Of a stretch of 64,000 bases of DNA, positions 39,370-48,510 are shown piece after piece (the first letter of the stretch is position 1; each line of letters begins with the position of its first letter). This DNA comes from Chitinophagales bacterium (GTDB lineage Bacteria; Bacteroidota; Bacteroidia; Chitinophagales; LD1). The DNA lies in NCBI GenBank assembly GCA_046329495.1, contig JAXLUO010000002.1, forward strand, positions 268,997 to 332,996, in the 5' to 3' direction. Under the pieces are notes generated by a model. That model was not told where the DNA came from. It saw only the letters and a list, made by a program, of their open reading frames with translations, and ran no database searches. Made by a program: the position numbers and the translations under genes.

Positions 39370-42300
39370 TTAGCGCATGATGGTAACCGTACCGGTAACT
39401 TCTTTCTCTACACCATCGAAGTAAGTAACCACGATTTTGTAAACGTAGGTATCATCCGGACAGTATTTACCGTCTTTGGTTCCATCCCATCCTGTTCCAT
39501 GGAAGCCGTTAGCCTGATTAGCGTTGCTGTAAACGCGTTCGCCCCAACGGTTAAAGATGCTTACATCCAGTTTAGAAGCACCTAAGATGTCGAATTCCCA
39601 GGTATCGTTCAATCCATCGCCGTTAGGTGTAAAGGCGGTAGGGATAAACTTAGCAGGTTCGTTTAACACCGTGATTGTAACGGTATCGCTGGCAAAACAA
39701 GAGTCGGCATTCATAACAGTTACCATGATAGTGGTAGTTGTTTTAGGAGCCGCTAATGGGTTCGGACAGTTGGTTTGGTCAGTACAGTTGTTGAATACGA
39801 TTACTGAATCAGGATTCCAGAAGTAGTTGAGTATTGCCGAAGTGCTGGTTGTTGAAGTAACCAGTTGCGTTTGCATACCTGTTAGGATGGTTTGCTGGCT
39901 TACGCTTAAATCAACCGATAACTGGCTTGGCGAAGCAACAGTAAACTGCGCGTTGCCCTGGCAGCCGTTAACATCGGTAACCAGTATTGCATAGTTGCCC
40001 GGAGCCAAACCGCTGAAGGTTGTATCGGTTTGCACAATGCCGTTTAACATGTAGTTGTAAGGGCCTTTGCCGCCGGTAGTAGAAAGCGTAACTAAACCTG
40101 TTGCTGTATTAAAGCACTTAGAGCCTGTTGCATTGGCAGTAACCACCAGTGCGCTTGGGTCAACCAGGGTATCGGTAACAGCGGTTGTACAACCTTTGCT
40201 ATCGGTTACGGTTAAGGTGTATTCACCGGCGCTTAAACCACTAACCGAAATACCTGTTTCAGTTGGTGTGGTGTTCCATGCATAGGCATAAGGACCAACA
40301 CCACCGCTAACCGAAGCTGTTACGCCACCCGTGCTGCCGCCGTGGCATATTGGGTTGTAAGTGGCAATAGCCGCCAGTATTTCGCTACCCTGGCCAACGG
40401 TGAACGACTTGCTGTTTTGGCAATTGGTTTGGTCGGTAACGGTAACGGTGTAAGTGCCCGCAACAATGCTGCTCAGATCTTCGGTAGTAGCTGTATTGCT
40501 CCACAAGTAGGTGTAAGCAGGGTTACCACCGGTTACGGTAATATCAATGGCAGCGGTAGCAGCACCAAAGCAAAGTGCATCGGTAGTAGTACCGTTTATA
40601 ACAATCTGCGTAGGTTCAGTTAACTGGATGCTATCGTAGGTGAAACATCCGTTGCTATCGGTTAACTGCACGGTGTATTTGCCTGGGCCAACACCATAAA
40701 CTGCCGAATCAGTATCAAAGGTATTCCACAGATAGTTGTAAGGCGTAGTACCACCTGCAGGCACGGCGGCTACGTGGCCGTCCTTAGCACCAAAGCAAGT
40801 TACATTGCTGCCCACCACATTTAATGTGAGCGGAGCCGGTTCGGTTACCACATATAAAGAAGCTACCTGACAACCATTAAAATCGGTAACAGTAACGTTG
40901 TAATTGCCACCTGATAGGTTACCGATATCCTCGGTGCTTTGCAGGGTATTCCACTCAAACGAGTAAGGAAGGGTACCACCGTAAGCAGTAATATCCAGGA
41001 AGCCATCCTTTAATCCGGCACAAGTAACGTTCTTAATGAAGCCGGAAGTAACCAACGGATCCGGTTCAACTGTAGTAGCCGAATCGATGCGGCTGCAGCC
41101 TTTTGAATCGGTAATGGTTACGATATAAGTGCCGGCACCAATACCTGAAATATCTTCCGACGTAGCGCCGTTGCTCCAGTTATAAGCGTAAGAAGGTGTA
41201 CCGCCTGAAGGGATCAGATCAATAGAACCGTTCAGATCACCAAAGCATAACGGATCGTGTACTACGAAGTTGGCTGTAATAACAGATGGGTTGATAATAA
41301 CCACTGATGTAGATGCTGAACAAGCGTGTGCATCGGTTACAGTTACTGCGTAAACACCGTTTTGCAGGTTGTTGAGGTCCTCGGTAGTTGCCCCGTTGCT
41401 CCATGCATAGCTGTATGGAGTAGTACCACCTGTAACTGTTAAGTCGATGGCGCCGTCGTTGGCATTGTAACAACTAATGTTAGTGATGGTAGTTGAAAGC
41501 GCCAATGGAGCAGGTTCGCTGATAAGCACTGAATCGCGCTTATCGCAACCATTGGCATCGGTTACAATTACATAGTATAAACCACCGGCCAGACCGCTTA
41601 CATCTTCCGAGCCGTTGAAATTGCTCCACAGGAAGGTGTAAGGTTGTGTGCCGCCTGTTACTGTTAAGTCAGCAGCACCATCAGCCGCACCATTGCAGCT
41701 TACGTTAGTGCCAACTACTGAAGTAACAATAGCTGCAGGTTCGGTAACCGTAAACGATTGAGTAAGTGTGCAACCGTTTACATCGGTAACCGTAACTGCA
41801 TAGTTGCCGCCGCTTACGCCGTGCACATCTTCATTTGTAGTGCCGTTACTCCATGCAAAGGTGTAAGGGAACACGCCACCGTTTACTGTAATATCTACCG
41901 AGCCATTATTGCCGCCATTGCAGGTTACATTCTGCACGGTGGCATTCAGCACCATAGCTGCAGGCTGGCTAACGTTAAACGAAGCCGTTGCACTGCAACC
42001 GTTTACATCGCTAACCGTTACGCTATAAGCGCCGGCGCTGATGCCGGTTAAGTCCTGTGTATTAGCTGCGTTGCTCCAGTTATAACCATAAGGCTGATTG
42101 CCACCGGTTACTGTAATATCAATAGCACCGGTTGAACTACCGTTGCAAAGCACATCGGTAACCACACCGGTAATAACCAATGGTAAACCTTCGTTAATTA
42201 CAACACTGTTAGCCGCTGTGCAGCCGTTGGCATCGGTAACAATAACGGTATAGGTACCGCCGGTAACGCCACTTAAGTCTTCGGTAGTAGCACCATTGCT

Positions 42301-45300
42301 CCACAAATAAGTGTAAGGGCTAACACCACCACTAACGGTTAAGTCGGCAGCACCGTTTGCCGCACCCGGGCAGGTAACATCGGTTTTGGTTATAGAAGTT
42401 GTAATAGCAGTTGGCTGATTGATAGTTACCGATAATATAGCGGTGCAAGCATTTGCATCGGTTACGGTAACATCATACGTGCCTACGGTTAAAGCATTCA
42501 GATCTTCGCTGGTAGCACCGTTGCTCCATATATATGTATACAGCGGTGTACCGCCAAACACATTGATATCGATAGAACCGTTATTGCCACCGTTGCAGCT
42601 AACGTCGGCATGGCCGGCTTCTACCACAACTAAAGCCGCAGGTTGTGTAACGGTTGCACTGGCCGTAGCTGTGCAGCTATTACCATCGGTAACAGTTACG
42701 GTATACGTACCGGCAGCAAGGCTGTTCAGATCTTCGCTTACTGCGCCGTTGCTCCATGCAAAGCTGTAAGCACCTGTTCCGCCGCTAACTGATAAATCTA
42801 TTGCACCTGTTGTGGCACCATTACAAAGTATGTTGGTTACAGTTGTTGAAAGAGAAATTGCAGCAGGTTCGCCTACCACCACGCTGTTGGTAGCTGTGCA
42901 ACCGTTGGCATCGCTCACTACTACTGAATAAGTACCACCCCCTACATTAGATAAATCTTCGCTGGCAGCGCCATTGCTCCAGAAGAAGTTGTAAGGTGTT
43001 GTGCCACCGCTAACGGTAAGATCAACACTACCATTTGATGCACCATGACAAGTAACATCGGTAGCGCTAACTGATGTAGTTAAGGCAGCAGGTTCGGTGA
43101 TAGTAGCCGAGAAAGTAGCTGTGCAACCGTTGGCATCGGTTACTGTAAGATCGTAGGTGCCTGCGCCTAAGCCGCTCAGGTCTTCAGTAGTTGCACCATT
43201 GCTCCATGCATAGCTGTATAAAGTAGTACCGCCATAGATGTTTACATTAATGGCACCGTTGGCGAAGCCATTACAAGTAACATCGGTTTTGCTGCTAAGC
43301 ACAACGCTTAACGCAGTAGGCTGTGTAATAGTATAAGATGCAGTAGCGGTGCAGCCGTTACCATCGGTAACAGTTACGGTGTAAGTTCCTGCACTAAGGC
43401 CGCTCAAGTCTTCGGTAACAGCACCGTTGCTCCATGCGTAGTTGTAAGTTACTGTGCCGCCGCTAACCGATAAGTCGATAGCACCGGTAGAAGCACCATT
43501 GCATAAGATAGCTGTTACATTGGCTGAAAGCACTAAAGCAGCAGGCTCGGCGATAGTTGCGGTGTTAGAGGTAGTGCAACCGTGTAAGTCGGTAACTACT
43601 ACTGTATAAGTGCCCCCGCCAATATTGCTGAGGTCTTCGGAATTAGCGCCGGTATTCCACAAGTAAGTATAAGGTGTAGTGCCGCCGTTAACGGTAACAT
43701 CAATGGCACCGTTATTAACACCGTGGCAAGTAACATCGGTTGTAGCAACACTTGAAGTTAATTGAGCTGGTTCGGTTAATGTTTGACCGATGGTAACTGT
43801 ACAAGCATTGGCATCGGTTACTGTTACGGTGTATGAACCGGCATGTAAGCCCGATACGTCTTCGGCCGTAGTACCGTTGCTCCAGTTAAAGCTGTATGGC
43901 GGAACACCACCGCTTACGGTAATATCAATAGAACCTGATGAATCGTTATTACAACGCAGGTTGCTGTAAGAGGCAATGTTTAAGTATAAAGGCAGTGGTT
44001 GGGTTATAGTAGCACCTGCTGAAGTTGAACAACCTTTAGAGTCGATAATAGCCACATTGTAAGTGCCCGCAGTAAGATTGGTGATATCTTCGGTGGTAGC
44101 ACCATTGCTCCACGTAAAGCTGTATGGACCGGTGCCACCATTTACGCTGATGTAAATAGCGCCGGTGTTACCGCCATTACAAAGAATATTAGTTACGCTA
44201 TCGATAATAGCTGTAAGCAGGTTTGGCTGGGTAATGGTTACCATTACAAAATCAGTACAGCCTTTGCTATCGCGCAGGGTAACCACATAGTTGCCTGCAG
44301 CTAAACCTGTAAAGGTTGGTGAGCCCTGAAAGGTAACACCATTGATAGAGTATGAGTATGGAGGTATACCGCCGGTTAAATCAACGGTAACGCTACCGTC
44401 TAATCCGCCGAAGCAGGAAACGTTGGTTTGGTTAACCAGGCTTGCGGTTACGGCATAGCTGTTAGGAATGTTAACCTGCGAAGTATCGCTGCAACCATTC
44501 GCATCTACTACACCCACTACATAGTTACCGGCCTGTAAACCGCTGAACACATTGCCTAATTGATTAGGGCCGCCGTTCAGTGAATACTGGTAAGCAGGCA
44601 CACCGCCTGTAGCAGTTACTGTAATTGAACCATCGAATACGTTGGCGCAGCTTGCGCTTTGCACGGTAGTAGTATGGTCAAGCACCGGTGGTTCGTTAAC
44701 CGGCACACCGTTGATTGGTAACGAGATACAATTTAACGCATCGCTGATCATTGGATAATAGGTGCCTGCTGTTAAACCGGTAAACAGGTTTGCTGCCTGG
44801 TAAGTGGCTCCATTATCTATAGAATACGTATAACCGGGTGTACCGCTTCCGGCAGTTAAGGTTATAGTACCGGTGTTACCACCATTACACAGTACATCGC
44901 TTACGCTGATGTTACTTACAACAGGCAGCGGCGCCACCGTTACTGTAGCTGAACCCAGGAAGCCCGAAGTGCGCACACAACCGTTGGCATCGGTAATTTG
45001 GCTAAGCGTATAAGTAGTGGTTGTAGTAGGTTGAACCGTTACCGTGTAACCATTGCTGATGCCGGTGGCAGTAAGTACGTTGGTGCCGTCGGTATAAACC
45101 ACATCAAACGGACCGGTGCCCACTGCAAAGTTGAAGGTAATAACGGTATCAGTTCCATTACAGATGGTATTAGAACCATTAATGCTGCCGTTAGGCAACG
45201 GATTAACGTTAACGGTGTAAGGTGTGCACACGGTAGTGTTACACAAGCCTTCAGCACGTAAATAATAAGTAGTTGTAATAGTTGGAGATACGGTGATAGG

Positions 45301-48300
45301 ATCGCCGGAGGCAACTAAAGTGCCGCCACAACTACCGGTGTACCATTTCCAGCTACCGCCAATACCCAAGTGACCACCGTTGGCCGAAAGCGTAGCGGAG
45401 CTGCCGATACAAATTGCACCCGGACCGTTTACCGAAGGAGCTACCACCGAGCTGTCGTTAACCGTTACGGTTGTTGACGCGCAGGAGGTGGTATTACAAA
45501 TACCTTCTAAACGAACATAATAGGTTGTAGTGCTTGTTGGGGTAAAGTTAGGACTAACGCCCGTACCCACCAGTGTGCCGCCGCAGCTACCGGTATACCA
45601 GTTATAAACTGCGCCGGTGCCTACCGTGCCACCTACAGCCGTAAGCGTAGTTGATTGGCCTTCGCAGATAGTAGTAGTGCCGCTAACTGAAGTTGGAGCA
45701 CTTGATAATTGATTAACAGTAACGGTTTGCGAAGCACAGGTAGTTGTGTTACATGTACCTTCGGCACGTACATAATATGTAGTAGTGGTGGTAGGCGAAA
45801 CTGTAACGCTTGGTCCGCTACCCACTAAGGTGCCACCGCAGCTTGAGCTATACCACTGCCAGTTAGCGCCTGTTCCTAAAGAACCGCCAACCACGCTTAA
45901 GGTGGTGGAGCCGCCGTTGCATATTGTAGAGGTACCGCTAATACTTGTTGCTGCAGTGCTGAGTTGATTTACGGTAATGCTGACAGAAGCACAACTTGTG
46001 TTACCACAAGTACCTTCAGCACGTACATAATAATCGGTATTACTTGATGGGCTAACAGTTATAGAAGGGCCTGTGCCGATAGATGCACCTGAGCCGCAAC
46101 CGCCTGCATACCATTTCCACGAAGCACCTGTGCCAAGCGCACCGCCGTTAACACTTAATGTGGTACTACCACCATTACAGATAGTAGTTTGCGTAGCAGA
46201 GATAGAACCCGGTGCAGTTGAATTGCTGTTAACCGTAACAGTAACCGAAGCACAGGCCGTTGTATTACAAGTGCCCTGTGCACGCACATAATACGTTGTG
46301 GTAGAAGCCGGAGCCACTACCAGCGAGCTGCCGTTGCCCACAAAGGTGCCACCGCAACTGCCACTGTACCAGTACCATTGCGCACCTGTGCCTAACGATC
46401 CACCACTTACGGTAAGGGTGGTGTTACCACCGGGGCATATACTTGTAGTGCCTAAAATGCCGGCGGGTGCATTTGAGTTGCTTTGAACGGTAATAGTAAT
46501 TGGTGTGCAGGTAGTGTTACCGCAAATATTTTCGCCACGCACGCAGTAAGTTGTGGTGCTGGCCGGTGTAACGTTAATGCTACCGCTGGTGTATTGTAAA
46601 AGGGTACTTCCTGTATACCAACCCCAGTTACCTACCGAACCGGTGGTGCCATCAAAACGGCTAAGGGTTACTGTAGTACCCGGGCAAATAGTTGAAGAAG
46701 GCGAGGCTGTAATGCTGGTAGCCGCAATAAAAGGCGTTTCGTAGTTAACTACTAATTGCGGGCGGTTGCCACTGCTGTAACCACGATAGTCGATCCATTC
46801 ATCGTTATTATCAATCAGCGGATCGCTGTGAGAGCCTTCGGGATTATCATCCAGCGAAAATGCCACGTAGTTGTAGCCGGCTACTCTGGCTGCCTTAACA
46901 CGGCCTCCAACTTCCTGGTTATAGAAATCTTCCCAAGCACCCGATGAGTGATTAGTATACCAGGTGGCAACTGCATTGCTCCAAACATCATAATAACGGT
47001 ACCATAAGCCGGTAGCATCAATATCAGATTTTATCTGATCGCAGCTAACACTGGCAAGTGATGGATCGGTTGAAATAGGATCGTAGGCCTGAAAATAAAA
47101 GCGCAGGAAATTATCGTCGTTACGCGGGTTATTGAAGTTGTATTGATACCAACGAACGTTAGCATGCTGAATACATGCATCGGCAGGTAATGAGCCTATA
47201 GAGTATTCGGCATAACATTGGTAGTCGTCGTTGTCGAAGTTACCATCATCAAAACCAACACGCATGTTATCGTCCTGGTCGTTATCGGTGCTGTAATCGC
47301 AACCGCTGTCGTTATCCACGGTAAAAGTCCAGAAGGTGGTGTTTACCGGGAAGTAAGTAACAACCGGGTCAATAACCAACTCAGAAGTTGGGTTAACCTG
47401 TGCAAACCAGGTTGCAGGCACCAACACGTACACGTTGATCAAACCATTTTTCTGTTCGGTATAGTATTTACCTTTTATGCGTGTATCGTTGTTATATGGG
47501 TCGTTCTTTTCGTAATAGATAGGGGCTTTGTATTTAACCAGCGTTGCGCCTTTTGCATCCACAATACGGATGATCTCATCGTTCTGCTCCATAACTACCG
47601 AGCAACCGGCAGGCACTTTAACACCTTCGCGGAAAGCCACGTATGAAGCGCCATTCGGAATTTGTACGGAAGATGCACTCGCTAACAGGTAATCTAATTC
47701 GTAACCGATACTGCTTTGTGTAAACTCGGCATTAATACCCTGTGCCAGATTGTTGTAGTAAAGGTGTTCGTTTTTAGCAGCGTTGATAGTGCCGCCAAAT
47801 AGCGTTGTGGCGCCTACCTGTTTCATATTGTTATCCAGGTATACCAGGCCCGATTGTTGCATGGCTTCTACCTGCACATTCTGTTCGCTGATTACCTTAA
47901 CACCGTTAGCCAGATTATTGTTGTAATAGGTTTGGAAGATGTTGTTTACACAGGCATAGCCATAACCGTTGAATTTATTATCAGGCAGAATATCGTTCAG
48001 GATGGTATGCCACAAACCACCCTTCAGGTAATGCGACGGACCGGCAGTTGAAACAGCCGTAATAGAACCGTTATTATTTAAATAATGACGTGTTGTTGCA
48101 TCGCGTTTATCCAGCAACTCGGCGGCAGGGTTCACGTAATCATACGCACCACCGGGGGCATACAACTTTTGGAACTCCGGGGCCGATTCAAAGCCTTCGG
48201 GATATTTTTCGCTTCGCGGTGCTTTAACACCGGCCGTATTCTTTCTGGCGGCTGCAATTACATCGAAACTTTTTCCGGCTTCAGGATCACTTGAGCGGGC

Positions 48301-48369
48301 TTTTTGCGCAAAAATTTGACCTATAGCCAGTAGTGTACACAGACATGTCAGGGTAAATGTCTTTCTCAT
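39370..48369 (-). CDS. giant (2999 aa) surface adhesin: novel N-terminal head, Cys-containing Ig-like repeats, SprB repeats, T9SS type B C-terminal domain
   Basis: Signal peptide is MRKTFTLTCLCTLLAIGQIFAQ. A roughly 540-aa head has no recognised motif. Seven roughly 75-aa units follow of IC.GGSTTLS..GG.LGTGA.W.WY.GSCGGT.VG.G....V.P...TTYYVRAEG.CN.T.CAS. About 20 SprB units come next. The C-terminus reads FIPTAFTPNGDGLNDTWEFDI...IFNRWGERVY...DDTYVYKIV...TVTIMR. Confidence 0.88.
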   Translation of the reverse strand: MRKTFTLTCLCTLLAIGQIFAQKARSSDPEAGKSFDVIAAARKNTAGVKAPRSEKYPEGFESAPEFQKLYAPGGAYDYVNPAAELLDKRDATTRHYLNNNGSITAVSTAGPSHYLKGGLWHTILNDILPDNKFNGYGYACVNNIFQTYYNNNLANGVKVISEQNVQVEAMQQSGLVYLDNNMKQVGATTLFGGTINAAKNEHLYYNNLAQGINAEFTQSSIGYELDYLLASASSVQIPNGASYVAFREGVKVPAGCSVVMEQNDEIIRIVDAKGATLVKYKAPIYYEKNDPYNNDTRIKGKYYTEQKNGLINVYVLVPATWFAQVNPTSELVIDPVVTYFPVNTTFWTFTVDNDSGCDYSTDNDQDDNMRVGFDDGNFDNDDYQCYAEYSIGSLPADACIQHANVRWYQYNFNNPRNDDNFLRFYFQAYDPISTDPSLASVSCDQIKSDIDATGLWYRYYDVWSNAVATWYTNHSSGAWEDFYNQEVGGRVKAARVAGYNYVAFSLDDNPEGSHSDPLIDNNDEWIDYRGYSSGNRPQLVVNYETPFIAATSITASPSSTICPGTTVTLSRFDGTTGSVGNWGWYTGSTLLQYTSGSINVTPASTTTYCVRGENICGNTTCTPITITVQSNSNAPAGILGTTSICPGGNTTLTVSGGSLGTGAQWYWYSGSCGGTFVGNGSSLVVAPASTTTYYVRAQGTCNTTACASVTVTVNSNSTAPGSISATQTTICNGGSTTLSVNGGALGTGASWKWYAGGCGSGASIGTGPSITVSPSSNTDYYVRAEGTCGNTSCASVSITVNQLSTAATSISGTSTICNGGSTTLSVVGGSLGTGANWQWYSSSCGGTLVGSGPSVTVSPTTTTTYYVRAEGTCNTTTCASQTVTVNQLSSAPTSVSGTTTICEGQSTTLTAVGGTVGTGAVYNWYTGSCGGTLVGTGVSPNFTPTSTTTYYVRLEGICNTTSCASTTVTVNDSSVVAPSVNGPGAICIGSSATLSANGGHLGIGGSWKWYTGSCGGTLVASGDPITVSPTITTTYYLRAEGLCNTTVCTPYTVNVNPLPNGSINGSNTICNGTDTVITFNFAVGTGPFDVVYTDGTNVLTATGISNGYTVTVQPTTTTTYTLSQITDANGCVRTSGFLGSATVTVAPLPVVSNISVSDVLCNGGNTGTITLTAGSGTPGYTYSIDNGATYQAANLFTGLTAGTYYPMISDALNCISLPINGVPVNEPPVLDHTTTVQSASCANVFDGSITVTATGGVPAYQYSLNGGPNQLGNVFSGLQAGNYVVGVVDANGCSDTSQVNIPNSYAVTASLVNQTNVSCFGGLDGSVTVDLTGGIPPYSYSINGVTFQGSPTFTGLAAGNYVVTLRDSKGCTDFVMVTITQPNLLTAIIDSVTNILCNGGNTGAIYISVNGGTGPYSFTWSNGATTEDITNLTAGTYNVAIIDSKGCSTSAGATITQPLPLYLNIASYSNLRCNNDSSGSIDITVSGGVPPYSFNWSNGTTAEDVSGLHAGSYTVTVTDANACTVTIGQTLTEPAQLTSSVATTDVTCHGVNNGAIDVTVNGGTTPYTYLWNTGANSEDLSNIGGGTYTVVVTDLHGCTTSNTATIAEPAALVLSANVTAILCNGASTGAIDLSVSGGTVTYNYAWSNGAVTEDLSGLSAGTYTVTVTDGNGCTATASYTITQPTALSVVLSSKTDVTCNGFANGAINVNIYGGTTLYSYAWSNGATTEDLSGLGAGTYDLTVTDANGCTATFSATITEPAALTTSVSATDVTCHGASNGSVDLTVSGGTTPYNFFWSNGAASEDLSNVGGGTYSVVVSDANGCTATNSVVVGEPAAISLSTTVTNILCNGATTGAIDLSVSGGTGAYSFAWSNGAVSEDLNSLAAGTYTVTVTDGNSCTATASATVTQPAALVVVEAGHADVSCNGGNNGSIDINVFGGTPLYTYIWSNGATSEDLNALTVGTYDVTVTDANACTAILSVTINQPTAITTSITKTDVTCPGAANGAADLTVSGGVSPYTYLWSNGATTEDLSGVTGGTYTVIVTDANGCTAANSVVINEGLPLVITGVVTDVLCNGSSTGAIDITVTGGNQPYGYNWSNAANTQDLTGISAGAYSVTVSDVNGCSATASFNVSQPAAMVLNATVQNVTCNGGNNGSVDITVNGGVFPYTFAWSNGTTNEDVHGVSGGNYAVTVTDVNGCTLTQSFTVTEPAAIVTSVVGTNVSCNGAADGAADLTVTGGTQPYTFLWSNFNGSEDVSGLAGGLYYVIVTDANGCDKRDSVLISEPAPLALSTTITNISCYNANDGAIDLTVTGGTTPYSYAWSNGATTEDLNNLQNGVYAVTVTDAHACSASTSVVIINPSVITANFVVHDPLCFGDLNGSIDLIPSGGTPSYAYNWSNGATSEDISGIGAGTYIVTITDSKGCSRIDSATTVEPDPLVTSGFIKNVTCAGLKDGFLDITAYGGTLPYSFEWNTLQSTEDIGNLSGGNYNVTVTDFNGCQVASLYVVTEPAPLTLNVVGSNVTCFGAKDGHVAAVPAGGTTPYNYLWNTFDTDSAVYGVGPGKYTVQLTDSNGCFTYDSIQLTEPTQIVINGTTTDALCFGAATAAIDITVTGGNPAYTYLWSNTATTEDLSSIVAGTYTVTVTDQTNCQNSKSFTVGQGSEILAAIATYNPICHGGSTGGVTASVSGGVGPYAYAWNTTPTETGISVSGLSAGEYTLTVTDSKGCTTAVTDTLVDPSALVVTANATGSKCFNTATGLVTLSTTGGKGPYNYMLNGIVQTDTTFSGLAPGNYAILVTDVNGCQGNAQFTVASPSQLSVDLSVSQQTILTGMQTQLVTSTTSTSAILNYFWNPDSVIVFNNCTDQTNCPNPLAAPKTTTTIMVTVMNADSCFASDTVTITVLNEPAKFIPTAFTPNGDGLNDTWEFDILGASKLDVSIFNRWGERVYSNANQANGFHGTGWDGTKDGKYCPDDTYVYKIVVTYFDGVEKEVTGTVTIMR

Positions 48370-48460
48370 AAAACAGGTTAAGTGGTAGTGTGTTAATGTG
48401 TGGGGGTAAATATAATCGGAAAGCGCAGAAAAAGATACACTTGTGCCCCCTTCTAAAACA

Positions 48461-48489
48461 GATAAAGGCCCCTTTTAAGGGCCTTTATC
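48461..48489 (-). terminator. rho-independent terminator after the 48511 gene
   Basis: Perfect 11-bp stem gataaaggccc / gggcctttatc with a 7-nt loop. On the minus strand it is followed by tgtttta. Confidence 0.65.
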
Positions 48490-48510
48490 TAAAACGTTAG
48501 CAGGAGGTTA

